A stretch of DNA of 64,000 nucleotides, from IMG/VR virus record IMGVR_UViG_3300042309_002320, positions 37,116 to 101,115 of that record; one strand, written 5' to 3'. Position numbers and translations under genes: made by a program. Position 1 is the first letter of the stretch. Every line of letters starts with the position of its first letter. Source of the stretch: a virus. The notes beneath the pieces are model-generated. The model saw only the letters and a program-made list of their open reading frames with translations. It had not been told where the DNA came from and did no database searches. Below are positions 55,393 through 64,000 of this stretch, in pieces.

Positions 55393-56427
55393 TTATTTCC
55401 TATTTTTCATTTGTTGATTAAGTTGACTTCTAAGATCAACCTGAACATCTGGTAATTGACTTTCTTCTGTTAGTCCAAATTTATTAACATGCGCTATTTT
55501 ACTTTTCATTCTATTTAATCCTTCTATATTATTTAATCCAACTATTTCTTGAGCTTCGTCATTGTTGTTTGCAAATAAGAAAACCTCTTGAGCATTTTTA
55601 AGTTTAGGATTAAGATTATCTACTTGTTGTTGCTTTTTATCTTTTTCTATTTTACGTTTTTGAACTATCATCCATCCATCCAAAGCATCGTCATCCTCAA
55701 TAATTTCATCCGCTGGACATTCTGGATGCTCATAAACCCTATCATACATTTGACTAATACCAATTATTGTACGTTGATCATCTGTAATATTATTTCCTTG
55801 CTGACTAAATATAGAATTCTTACTAACATTCCAATACGATCTCCATATATGGCTACGAGCTAATTTTTTAAAATCGGATAATCCTATGCTATGCTTATTA
55901 AGCTCATTAACAACATTATTAAATAACATGTAGTTATTAGTATTATTTTGGTTATTAAAAATTAAGCTATTATTTTTATAAAGAGTATGCGTAATAATAA
56001 ATTCATTTTTTATACTATTTGCATACCCTTCCAAAGTATTAGAATATAGTTCATCCTTTTTACCTAGTATAGTGCTAAGTTGTTTTTTATAATTGTCTAA
56101 ATTCTTTTTAATAGTATTTTTTTTATCTGTAAATTTAAAATTACTATAATAATCTGCTTTACTATTTTCTATCTTTTTGTCTAAATCCTTAATAATCATA
56201 TTTGTATCTTTAGTCCATAAATTTAAGTAAATTAATAAATTATCTAGATTATCCTCTCTAAGCCAATCATTGTATTTTTCATCATTAATAATAGTGTTAT
56301 AAAGAAGTTGTGCCTCATATTTAATATCGATAGTAGCAGATTTTAGTGTGTATCTTTCGTTATTATAAGTAAAAACTAAGTATCCACAAAAAATTCTATA
56401 GAATAATAATTCCAGATCCTCATTCAT
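55393..56427 (-). CDS. Tail assembly chaperone-like protein (paralogue of 54203-55111 with a C-terminal extension)
   Basis: YTLKSAT...EAQLLYN...LDNLL...LW...LEGYAN aligns by eye with YLVRSPT...EAQKVYN...LDDLL...LW...AEGQAD. Confidence 0.55.
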   Translation of the reverse strand: MNEDLELLFYRIFCGYLVFTYNNERYTLKSATIDIKYEAQLLYNTIINDEKYNDWLREDNLDNLLIYLNLWTKDTNMIIKDLDKKIENSKADYYSNFKFTDKKNTIKKNLDNYKKQLSTILGKKDELYSNTLEGYANSIKNEFIITHTLYKNNSLIFNNQNNTNNYMLFNNVVNELNKHSIGLSDFKKLARSHIWRSYWNVSKNSIFSQQGNNITDDQRTIIGISQMYDRVYEHPECPADEIIEDDDALDGWMIVQKRKIEKDKKQQQVDNLNPKLKNAQEVFLFANNNDEAQEIVGLNNIEGLNRMKSKIAHVNKFGLTEESQLPDVQVDLRSQLNQQMKNRK

Positions 56428-56569
56428 CTAGACCTTCTGGTAAAGCTTTTTTAAGTTTTTGTAACTCGTTGTCCTTATCCTGAAGTTGTTGTCTCATAAT
56501 TTCTAATACTTTTTGAGTATTATAAATATCAACATACAACTTACCTATTATATTAAATAACTCATCCAT
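56420..56569 (-). CDS. Small coiled-coil protein (49 aa), absent from the ORF track
   Basis: Manual translation gives MDELFNIIGKLYVDIYNTQKVLEIMRQQLQDKDNELQKLKKALPEGLDE*. Fills the gap and overlaps the next start by 8 nt. Confidence 0.7.
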   Translation of the reverse strand: MDELFNIIGKLYVDIYNTQKVLEIMRQQLQDKDNELQKLKKALPEGLDE

Positions 56570-56600
56570 AATCCATTTTCCGAACAATTATTAAAAACTA

Positions 56601-57719
56601 TCAGTCACCAGTAATCTCAGCATCATTTACAATATCGACCCATTTACCTTCGGCAAAAGTACCGCTAGCGTCAACAACAAACTTATTAAATGTTTGATAA
56701 CTATAAGTAATTGTTGCATTATCTCCACCAGCTTCACCACCAGTATAGTTAACACTAGTAAGTTTATTCTTACTGCCAAGATCCAAAATAAGTTGATCGC
56801 TTGTGCCACTACCACAGACTACAACCTTAACAGTTTTGTCCTGTAGATTTTTGTAAACAACATTACAACCAACTTGACCATCAAAATCTTTAGCTTCAAC
56901 ATAGTCACCACTAGAAGCAATAATTTCAAATTCGCTTGTTACCTCTACTGGGAATGTTACATAACGATAGTATGGGGCCATAGCTCCAAGTTCGTTGATA
57001 GCTTCACGACCCAAATCTGTGCTAACAGTAACGCTCTGTAAGAATGGCATTGTGCGACCTTCTGGAATCGGAATACCACCACCATTACCGGTTGGAATTG
57101 TACTTAGCGAACTGTTAAACTTGTATCGACGACCAATAGCTGGAGCTGTCATTGTGCCAGCATCGCTATTACTGCTAAAGAAACCACTAGCAGCACTAGA
57201 ATTAGCAGCATATAATGAACCACTATTCCAGTATTTATTATTTCCGACTAGTGTCACATCTTCTGTAGCATTACCATCAACAGGAATTGTGAAACTAACA
57301 CTACTAAGATACATACCAGAGCAATCAACAAATACGCTTGGAGTTCCAGTTGCTGCGCTATTAGTATCGGGATAAATACCTAATCTAAAATTAACACGAT
57401 TATTTGCTACTGCTGGTAGTTCTTTCTTAACAGCGCCAGTGATGCCTGTGGATCCACCCATGCACATTAGATATAATGGAGGAGTACCATCAATAACTTT
57501 ATTAAGACTAACCTCTACTTCTGGTACATCTTCAACGTTTTCATACAATTCGATTTGACCTAGTTGAAAAACTTGTTCTAGAGTAAAGTTTGTTGTTATA
57601 CCAGCGCTTTGTACGCCGCGAGGATAGTACCATGTTGTGTATTGATTACTACCTGTGTCATTTTGTGGTTTGAGAGCGATAGCTTGTGTTGCATAAAAAA
57701 TTCTATTATTTCGTGCCAT
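56601..57719 (-). CDS. Major tail tube protein
   Basis: GVQSAGITTNFTLEQVFQLGQIELYE...PEVEVSL and LQSVTVSTDLGREAINELG...FPVEVTSEFE suggest a duplicated tube-like beta fold. Strong GGAG SD; canonical position. Confidence 0.75.
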   Translation of the reverse strand: MARNNRIFYATQAIALKPQNDTGSNQYTTWYYPRGVQSAGITTNFTLEQVFQLGQIELYENVEDVPEVEVSLNKVIDGTPPLYLMCMGGSTGITGAVKKELPAVANNRVNFRLGIYPDTNSAATGTPSVFVDCSGMYLSSVSFTIPVDGNATEDVTLVGNNKYWNSGSLYAANSSAASGFFSSNSDAGTMTAPAIGRRYKFNSSLSTIPTGNGGGIPIPEGRTMPFLQSVTVSTDLGREAINELGAMAPYYRYVTFPVEVTSEFEIIASSGDYVEAKDFDGQVGCNVVYKNLQDKTVKVVVCGSGTSDQLILDLGSKNKLTSVNYTGGEAGGDNATITYSYQTFNKFVVDASGTFAEGKWVDIVNDAEITGD

Positions 57720-57747
57720 TGAAGATCTCCATTATATGGGATATTGT

Positions 57748-57769
57748 GTTATACTTTAGTACACCTTTT
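57748..57769 (-). promoter_or_regulatory. Putative late-promoter motif GGTGTA upstream of the tail tube gene
   Basis: - strand reads AAAAGGTGTACTAAAGTATAAC. Confidence 0.55.
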
Positions 57770-57777
57770 TGAACAAA

Positions 57778-58704
57778 TTACGGGAAAATTTCTATTGACC
57801 ATCGTACAATACCGTTGTATAGTGAACTACTCAAAGAATTTAATTCTCCAATGGTACTATCTTTAATAGTACACCAATAACTAGGAAAATTTTGAACAAT
57901 ATTTGGATAATTATACCCACTAGGATTAATATTTCCAAATTTATTAAGAGAATATCTATTATTTTTAATAACATCATTTACATCGTATAAATATACTGTT
58001 TTATCTTTTTGATGCAATAATATGTCTATTATGGTGTTCCTTTGGTTTGCATTTTCGGTATAAATATGTAAAAATACATCTTGTATAATAATATTATCAA
58101 CTGTTCCTAATTGGTGAGGAATTTGAGTAGTTCTTGGTATTAGTTCCACAATAATTGCTGGTAATTGAACCCTATGAACACTGGTTATGCTATAATCTTG
58201 TTTGTTAAAAGTAGATGGATTATATGTTTCTTTTTGAACCTCTTTCCACCAAAAATTATCGCTACTTTTATATACTTGTATATATCTATAGGAATAATTA
58301 GCAGTCACCGTACTCTTGGCTGAAACAGAATTATTAAATACTATTTGACCGAGAGGATAATTAACATTATATCCATAATTTCCGCTACCTGTTGGGGCTG
58401 GTAAAAAGGTATTATTAAGATATAATCCCGAAAAAGTAATTGGACTACCACTCTCATAAACTATACCGCTCTCATAAACCCAATCCTTGCGCGGAGACTG
58501 CCATACTTTATCTTTTAGGATAGGATCGTCGGCACTTTTTAAAATATGGTATGAGCCACCGCCTACGCCACTAGTGGGAATATTAACATTAACAAATCCT
58601 CCAATATGTAAAAATGACCAATCTAGAAAACTTTTAACATTATCTTCTAATAATGATATGCGATTTTTATTTGTAATAGAAGATACGTTATGAAAAGTAG
58701 TCAT
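57778..58704 (-). CDS. Tail terminator/completion-like protein
   Basis: VQLPAIIVE...QLG...QDVFLHIYTENANQRNTIIDIL pattern; immediately upstream of the tube gene. Confidence 0.6.
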   Translation of the reverse strand: MTTFHNVSSITNKNRISLLEDNVKSFLDWSFLHIGGFVNVNIPTSGVGGGSYHILKSADDPILKDKVWQSPRKDWVYESGIVYESGSPITFSGLYLNNTFLPAPTGSGNYGYNVNYPLGQIVFNNSVSAKSTVTANYSYRYIQVYKSSDNFWWKEVQKETYNPSTFNKQDYSITSVHRVQLPAIIVELIPRTTQIPHQLGTVDNIIIQDVFLHIYTENANQRNTIIDILLHQKDKTVYLYDVNDVIKNNRYSLNKFGNINPSGYNYPNIVQNFPSYWCTIKDSTIGELNSLSSSLYNGIVRWSIEIFP

Positions 58705-59345
58705 AAAAGATCCTCTATATTAGTTTGAATAACTTTTGAAATTTTATCACTAATTTTATTTATTGCTCTTGTTGTCCAATTGTTATCTTCTGTTCCAGCA
58801 AAATTGACAGGTACTCTCCAGCCATTAGGATTACTTACCATAATAGCAGATCCTGTGCGTGATCGATAGCTATTATTAATATAGGTTATACTATAATCTT
58901 GTATGATTTTATCATTTCCTTTTAATAATAACCATTCTAACCAAGGTAAAGATTCTCCTTTTTCGGTTTTTGTCATAGCAATATCCATACCTATAATACC
59001 ATTAATATCGGAACTACGAATCATAGATAGTGTAAAACCTCCACTTAATCCCCTGCCTGATACTTTAATAGGATTATTAAATATCTCTAATGTATTAACC
59101 ATAGCGTCTACAACACCATCAACTTCTCCGGTATTTAGTATTCCAAATTCAGCCCGTAAAGTCCCTGCTTTTAATGAAGAATATTCTGGTTCTGATATTA
59201 GAGCTTCTTTTACTAAATTTTTTATTTCAATAGTAATTTTTGATAAAGCCTTATTCATAACATTATCCATTTGATTTTTTAAATTTTCTAGGATAAGTTT
59301 TATTATATCACTATCATTTTCTAATAAATCCAATGAAAATTTCAT
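58701..59345 (-). CDS. Neck/tail-completion protein (HK97 gp10-like position)
   Basis: GTLRAE, LPWLEWLL, GTEDNNWTTRAI. Start at 59345 inferred from the ATGA overlap (ORF track starts at 59357). Confidence 0.5.
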   Translation of the reverse strand: MKFSLDLLENDSDIIKLILENLKNQMDNVMNKALSKITIEIKNLVKEALISEPEYSSLKAGTLRAEFGILNTGEVDGVVDAMVNTLEIFNNPIKVSGRGLSGGFTLSMIRSSDINGIIGMDIAMTKTEKGESLPWLEWLLLKGNDKIIQDYSITYINNSYRSRTGSAIMVSNPNGWRVPVNFAGTEDNNWTTRAINKISDKISKVIQTNIEDLL

Positions 59346-59875
59346 TTTTTCTTCCATAAAGTAAAAATATACCTATTATCACCGAATCCTGCTGGTTCAG
59401 GATCTCCAGCTCTTTCATATTTAAAATGAGACAAGTTTGTTAAACTATTATCAAAGATAATTTCACTAGCATTCTTAACTTTATTAAGCAGATTAATGTT
59501 GCATATACTTTGAACTGATCCATCGGGAATATTAATAACCTTGTTGTTGGTATTCAAAAAGTATTTACTATCAAAAATAAAAGCTAGATAAATTGTTTCA
59601 CTAGAGCTACTATTCTTAATTTGTCCTAATCCTAAACAAACAGGACAAACTCCTCCCTCTGGAAAAGGATTCGGTCCCGATCCATTATATATATTACTAG
59701 ATAACAAAGATATATTATCAAAAATACAATTATTACAATAAGTATTATTTATACTATTATCATATATTATCTTACAAGGTAAGCTTAGAGCATTGTTCTC
59801 TAATAAACTATCAATAGCATTATTAAAGATACTTTTTAATTCACTCGAAATAAGACCACTAAAAGGATTGCTCAT
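59342..59875 (-). CDS. Head-closure/stopper-like protein with a Zn motif
   Basis: CNNC...CPVCLGLG insert and a C-terminal beta-barrel pattern ending YIFTLWKK; position between adaptor and terminator. Confidence 0.55.
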   Translation of the reverse strand: MSNPFSGLISSELKSIFNNAIDSLLENNALSLPCKIIYDNSINNTYCNNCIFDNISLLSSNIYNGSGPNPFPEGGVCPVCLGLGQIKNSSSSETIYLAFIFDSKYFLNTNNKVINIPDGSVQSICNINLLNKVKNASEIIFDNSLTNLSHFKYERAGDPEPAGFGDNRYIFTLWKKK

Positions 59876-60069
59876 TGTTTAATACTGATAGATAAAATAG
59901 GAGAATTTTTAAGACTAATGCTAGTGTCTGCAATTTGTGTAGAACCAGAAACAACTTGTTTTCTAATTGCTATAGTATTGGTAATAGAATTTATATTAAT
60001 CAAATTTAATATTTGAACAGATGCTGAGACATTTTTTGTATTGGTATAAGAAGTAGAATTAATTATCAT
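59872..60069 (-). CDS. Small hypothetical protein
   Basis: 65 aa, with ATGA overlaps at both ends. Confidence 0.5.
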   Translation of the reverse strand: MIINSTSYTNTKNVSASVQILNLININSITNTIAIRKQVVSGSTQIADTSISLKNSPILSISIKQ

Positions 60070-60293
60070 ATAGTTTTAGGTTCTCCAATAAGTCCTGGGC
60101 CAGCAGGAGCATAAGGGGCTTCAGGATCATTTATAGAGAGTATGCATAATTGTGCCCAGTTATCTGCTTCATTATAATTATTCCAAGGATCACCATTTGG
60201 CCAGTTTGGTTGATATATTACCGGAACATTATTGCCGGATACGAATATATTAACAGCAAAAGTTGAATTATCGATACTGTATATTAAATTCAT
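60066..60293 (-). CDS. Small fibre-accessory-like protein
   Basis: QPNWPNGDPWNNYNEADNWAQL. AAGG SD; follows the propeller gene. Confidence 0.5.
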   Translation of the reverse strand: MNLIYSIDNSTFAVNIFVSGNNVPVIYQPNWPNGDPWNNYNEADNWAQLCILSINDPEAPYAPAGPGLIGEPKTI

Positions 60294-60306
60294 AATTTTA
60301 CCTTTA

Positions 60307-61848
60307 TTAAGAATTAAAAACTATATTTTTCCAGTTATTGTTACTTATAGATCTTTGTGTCCAAGTAATTCCATTTGACGAAGTAAATGATACTGATCCT
60401 ATGCCGACAGCAACGAATGTATTATTTCCATATGTAATATCTCTCCATCTAAATCCAAGTCCTGTTCCTTGTGTCCATGAAATACCGTCACTAGAGTATG
60501 CTGTTATAGAACTATTATCGATAAGAGTTACATAGGTATTATTCCCATATGCTAAACATTGCCATAGTTGTGCTGATGGCAGAGTAGATGAACTCCACGA
60601 GATTCCATCACTACTATAAAGAACAGTATCGGTATTATAACCTATTAGTACAAACTTATTATTACTATATACAATATCTGTCCAGTCTCCGGATACTGGT
60701 AGTGCTCTTTGAGTCCATGTAATACCATCAGACGATGTGGCTATTACAGAAGAACTACTGGCTACAGCGACATAAGTACTATTGCCATATGCTGCTGCAA
60801 CCCAATTAGCATTTGGTAATATAAAAGAATTCCATGTTACTAAATCTGTGGAATATAAGCCCGTAGAACTATTAGCAAATACTAAATATTTATTATTACC
60901 ATAGATGGTTTTTGTAAATAAATTATTAGGATGACCTATACTATAGGTATTATCTGACCACGATATCCCATTTGTTGATTTATCAAAATTGCTACTGTTA
61001 TACGCTATAGCTAAATAACCATATGGTCCATATGATAGTCCATTCCAGATTCTATTATTAGAAAAATTACCATTTGTCCATGTTTCTCCATTGCTAGATC
61101 TTGCATTAACGGAATTATCTGTTGCTGCAATAAATAGAGGACTAATCGATTGTGTTGCTGTTGGAGAGGGAGTAACTGTAGTAGTAGCTGTTGGCGTAGC
61201 TGTTGAGGTTAATGATGGGGTTGGCGTTAGAGTAGACGCAGGAGTTGCTGTTGGCGTAGGAGTATTTGTTGATGTTATTGTGGGCGTTGATGTTTGAGTA
61301 TATGATGGTGTTGGCGTAACAGAAGAAGTGTTGGTTGGTGTTGATGTTTGTGTTACGGTTGGAGTTGTGGTTAATGTTGGTGTTGATGTTTGTGTTACGG
61401 TTGGAGTTGTGGTTAATGTTGGTGTTTGTGTTTGTGTAGATGTTGTGGTTGGCGTAGTGGTATTGGTCGGTGTTGCTGTTAGCGTCGCAGTATTGGTTGG
61501 TGTTACTGTTGGTGTCGCAGTATTGGTTGGTGTTGCTGTTGGTGTTTGACCGACAGAAGCGGTTGGTGTCGGCGTTTGAGAACTTGTAGTTGTAACTGTT
61601 GGAGTAACTGTTGGAGTATTGGTGGGCGATGGCGTTGGAGTGATATTGGATGGGCTTAGATTTCCATTATTACAACATAACCAGTAATAATTAGGATCGT
61701 TAAAATTAAGAGAATATAAATTTTGTATAGTATTTATAGAAGGATCAACATCTTTACTGGTATCCAAAGTCTGAAAAGATGTTCCAGTTTTAACTATACT
61801 ACGACCATTATTGATATTATTCGCACTAATAGACTTATCTATAGTCAT
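60307..61848 (-). CDS. Virion decoration/adhesin: long T/P linker + beta-propeller (SxDGxxW/BNR-like repeats)
   Basis: About 165-aa TPT tract followed by repeats of W-x3-YGNxxYVAV...SSDGITW. Confidence 0.75.
   Translation of the reverse strand: MTIDKSISANNINNGRSIVKTGTSFQTLDTSKDVDPSINTIQNLYSLNFNDPNYYWLCCNNGNLSPSNITPTPSPTNTPTVTPTVTTTSSQTPTPTASVGQTPTATPTNTATPTVTPTNTATLTATPTNTTTPTTTSTQTQTPTLTTTPTVTQTSTPTLTTTPTVTQTSTPTNTSSVTPTPSYTQTSTPTITSTNTPTPTATPASTLTPTPSLTSTATPTATTTVTPSPTATQSISPLFIAATDNSVNARSSNGETWTNGNFSNNRIWNGLSYGPYGYLAIAYNSSNFDKSTNGISWSDNTYSIGHPNNLFTKTIYGNNKYLVFANSSTGLYSTDLVTWNSFILPNANWVAAAYGNSTYVAVASSSSVIATSSDGITWTQRALPVSGDWTDIVYSNNKFVLIGYNTDTVLYSSDGISWSSSTLPSAQLWQCLAYGNNTYVTLIDNSSITAYSSDGISWTQGTGLGFRWRDITYGNNTFVAVGIGSVSFTSSNGITWTQRSISNNNWKNIVFNS
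61334..61426. repeat. 42-bp tandem duplication within the T/P linker
   Basis: GTTGGTGTTGATGTTTGTGTTACGGTTGGAGTTGTGGTTAAT at 61334 and 61376. Confidence 0.9.
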
Positions 61849-61866
61849 AATAATAAATTTCTATTG

Positions 61867-62865
61867 TTAAAGGTCGCTGTTATAAGTGATAATAAGCTTC
61901 CATGAATCAATGCTACCACTTCCGGATGGATCAGTGTCTTTAACTATTAATTGCCATACTCCGGTAACAGCATAATTAAATAAATGATCAAAAGAGTTAT
62001 TTAGGGTCTCGCTATTATAATTTATTAATGAAGTCTTATCATATATTCTACAAGTTTGACCATTACTAATATTATGTAAATATTGATTACTATCAGATTT
62101 ATTACTAAACATAAAACTAAAATTATTATTGAAATTTGGTATTTTTTGATTAGCAGAAAGTAAGATTTTGTTTCCACTGGGTGGGGCTAATAGCATAACC
62201 AAATCGGTTGGATTTGAATGACTAAGTTTATTAACTGCTAGTTCAATATTAGATATTAGTCCGGTATTGGTAACGGTTACCGATCCTGTAACAGTTGATA
62301 AGTCGTTGATAATTAAACCGCTACCATTATATACTGTCGAAAATAAATCTAATGGTCCACAATCATATGGTAAGCAAAAATCTGTGATTTCGGTAGTTGT
62401 TGGCGTTGGTGTTAATGTACCTTGTGTTGGTGTCGGTGTCGGTGTTTGTGTAATTACTTCGCACGGTTCCACATTAAGATTACATTGAATATCAATAGGA
62501 GTATTTCTATCAATGATAGTAATAATACCCTGAGAAAGCCTAATATTATTAAGTAGTGTTGTTTGATCCTTAATATCTAAATCATATGATGCAGAATCAA
62601 AATCAAAAGTATTGGTAATTTCAGCACTTAGCTTTATATTAATTTGTCCCAAATTATTAGCATTTAAGCTCCATCCATGAGCTTCGTATATCGCTGGAGC
62701 CAAGCTAGAATATCTACACACTCTAGTTTCATCGCCAGAAAGAAGCGAAAACTGTACACATTTATCTGTTAAATTAATAGGATTATTATTTTCATCAGTA
62801 TATAAAAAATTAATCTCAAAATCAGATCCTTTTTCAATATTAAAATTATAAATTGCTGCTACCAT
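61867..62865 (-). CDS. BppU-like Ig anchor + TP linker + proprotein-convertase P-domain
   Basis: YNFNIEKGSDF...PINLT...INIKLS...YDLDI...QGIITI; then ISNIELAVNKLSHSNPTDLVMLLAPPSG...GVWQLIVKD...GSIDSWKL. Confidence 0.75.
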   Translation of the reverse strand: MVAAIYNFNIEKGSDFEINFLYTDENNNPINLTDKCVQFSLLSGDETRVCRYSSLAPAIYEAHGWSLNANNLGQINIKLSAEITNTFDFDSASYDLDIKDQTTLLNNIRLSQGIITIIDRNTPIDIQCNLNVEPCEVITQTPTPTPTQGTLTPTPTTTEITDFCLPYDCGPLDLFSTVYNGSGLIINDLSTVTGSVTVTNTGLISNIELAVNKLSHSNPTDLVMLLAPPSGNKILLSANQKIPNFNNNFSFMFSNKSDSNQYLHNISNGQTCRIYDKTSLINYNSETLNNSFDHLFNYAVTGVWQLIVKDTDPSGSGSIDSWKLIITYNSDL

Positions 62866-62876
62866 AAAATTTCCTA

Positions 62877-63395
62877 TTAGCTATAAAGGTCTCTAGCGTG
62901 ATCACCAGGATATCGTAAATAACTCGGATCAAAATTATTACCAACAAACGGACTAAGAATACCCCGTAGTAAGCTAGTATTACCTATTTCATAATCAAGT
63001 TTTAGATCCTCATACATTTTACAAGGACCATTAACTAAAAGAAATTGATAAGAGCTATTTCCACCAACACTAATATTAGCTGGTCCTAAAGCGGCTCTGA
63101 TACCCTCTGTAGCGGCCCGTGTGCGTAAACTACTTTGATCTAAAAAGCAAGACGATTTTAATGCTATAAAACTAATAAAATCTACATCTTTATTTTCTAA
63201 AAGAGTAGGATCAGGAATTATATCAGGATTGATAATATTAATACTATATTCGTTATTTAAATTAACTTCTCTTGTAACGTATTGAGCCGCTACAACTATT
63301 AGTTGCTGGATTCTTTCGTCACTATATGTTGGATTATCACTAAGATCATTAATTAAACTACGAACTATAATTGGTATTTCTAGCTGCCAGCTCAT
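62877..63395 (-). CDS. Head-tail adaptor-like protein
   Basis: VRSLIND...YSDERIQQLI N-terminal pattern typical of gp6/gp15-like adaptors; heads the neck genes. Confidence 0.6.
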   Translation of the reverse strand: MSWQLEIPIIVRSLINDLSDNPTYSDERIQQLIVVAAQYVTREVNLNNEYSINIINPDIIPDPTLLENKDVDFISFIALKSSCFLDQSSLRTRAATEGIRAALGPANISVGGNSSYQFLLVNGPCKMYEDLKLDYEIGNTSLLRGILSPFVGNNFDPSYLRYPGDHARDLYS

Positions 63396-63419
63396 AGGGT
63401 ATCCCCTGAAGGTTAGTAT

Positions 63420-63438
63420 TTAACTTATACACCATTTT
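63420..63438 (-). promoter_or_regulatory. Putative late-promoter motif GGTGTA
   Basis: - strand reads AAAATGGTGTATAAGTTAA. Confidence 0.55.
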
Positions 63439-63465
63439 ATAAAGTAGCAACTAGCTTAATACGCT

Positions 63466-63651
63466 TCAGGTCGGAGCTGGTGAATTTGATCCAACTTTAT
63501 TATTTTGTTCAGTTAAATTCTTGCTTATAGAACTTAGTTTCTCATAAAGCTGACCAATAGCGACCAAATCACTGGCCTTAAAAACCCCCCTTTGAGTAGC
63601 AAGATCAATAACCACCATTAGATTCTGAATATCGCCTTGATTTAATTCCAT
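63466..63651 (-). CDS. Small phage hypothetical protein
   Basis: LxxxDIQNLxxVIDLATQRGVFKASDLxxIGQLYEKL resembles a common small-phage-protein pattern. AGGG SD. Confidence 0.65.
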   Translation of the reverse strand: MELNQGDIQNLMVVIDLATQRGVFKASDLVAIGQLYEKLSSISKNLTEQNNKVGSNSPAPT

Positions 63652-63662
63652 AGTTTTTCCCT

Positions 63663-63986
63663 TTATTCTGGACTATTAATTGGAGCAATAACACCCTGTT
63701 CTGCTCCTGCTTTTCCTATATATAATAGTAATGATTGCACTATATTTGCAAGGTCACTATCTTCTGCGCTTTTGCTTAATAAATTATCAATAACTAACCA
63801 AGTTCCATTATCGCCGGGCATATATTCTGCCACACCATCAAATACTCCAAATTTTTTCAAACGAACTCTAGCGGTAGCCTCACCGCCCAAAGTTCCCGCA
63901 CTAATAATTATTTCTTCAACCCATAATTTATCATATGTTTTTGCTGGAACTGTGGATACTATTGCTGGACTTAAAACTGGTAACAT
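63663..63986 (-). CDS. Hypothetical protein
   Basis: 107-aa ORF preceded by AAGGAAATT. Confidence 0.6.
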   Translation of the reverse strand: MLPVLSPAIVSTVPAKTYDKLWVEEIIISAGTLGGEATARVRLKKFGVFDGVAEYMPGDNGTWLVIDNLLSKSAEDSDLANIVQSLLLYIGKAGAEQGVIAPINSPE

Positions 63987-64000
63987 ATTAATTTCCTTCT

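Larger units (their letters stand above)
3655..64000 (-). other. Virion morphogenesis (neck/tail/fibre) gene block of a large tailed phage, probably siphovirus-like
   Basis: Co-oriented, tightly packed genes with ATGA overlaps. Order is adaptor, neck genes, tail tube, chaperones, TMP, tail-tip/fibre genes. No sheath-like gene next to the tube gene and no host housekeeping genes. Confidence 0.9.

Noticed and set aside
56601-58704. Contractile tail or extracellular contractile injection system
   Set aside because: No sheath, baseplate wedge, VgrG or PAAR-like gene recognised. Adaptor and neck genes indicate a head-bearing phage.
4020-63986. Many short ORFs antisense to, or nested in, the large genes (e.g. 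7300-7482, 51881-52246, 56995-57375, 61091-61549, 54115-54318)
   Set aside because: Shadows of codon bias and repeats in the long - strand genes; no recognisable motifs.
1-64000. tRNA, rRNA or large ncRNA genes
   Set aside because: Intergenic gaps are all under ~95 nt and none shows a cloverleaf or T-loop pattern.

Overview
AT-rich (roughly 30% GC by eye) segment of a large tailed-phage genome, read in the standard code. Bases 1-3654 (+ strand) hold a degenerate sugar-nucleotidyltransferase gene, two glycosyltransferase-like genes, an HTH/NUMOD3/DUF559-type endonuclease, a Rad52/Sak-like annealing protein and a Zn-ribbon protein. Bases 3655-64000 (- strand) are one virion-morphogenesis block. 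In transcription order it runs: head-tail adaptor and neck genes with decoration/fibre genes, tail tube, chaperones, a 4648-aa tape-measure protein (TMP), fibre-like genes, a 3139-aa modular protease-adhesin, then very large tail-tip proteins. No sheath gene lies next to the tube gene, so the tail is probably siphovirus-like. The main finding is the TMP. It looks like a polyprotein carrying enzyme cassettes (two PD-(D/E)xK-like, a HAD phosphatase, a HExxH zincin, a GNAT-like domain and a ~1000-aa unknown block), punctuated by about 19 xxxGG motifs, which suggests processed, injected effector cargo. Other findings: three circularly permuted FGE/SUMF1 (C-lectin-fold) domains; an intact subtilase on a 37-proline stalk, with P-domains on separate proteins; duplicated tail chaperones that may replace the G/GT frameshift; a GTGTA motif in all four large intergenic gaps; and a 49-aa ORF missing from the ORF track. 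All family calls come from motif recognition by eye; no searches were run.
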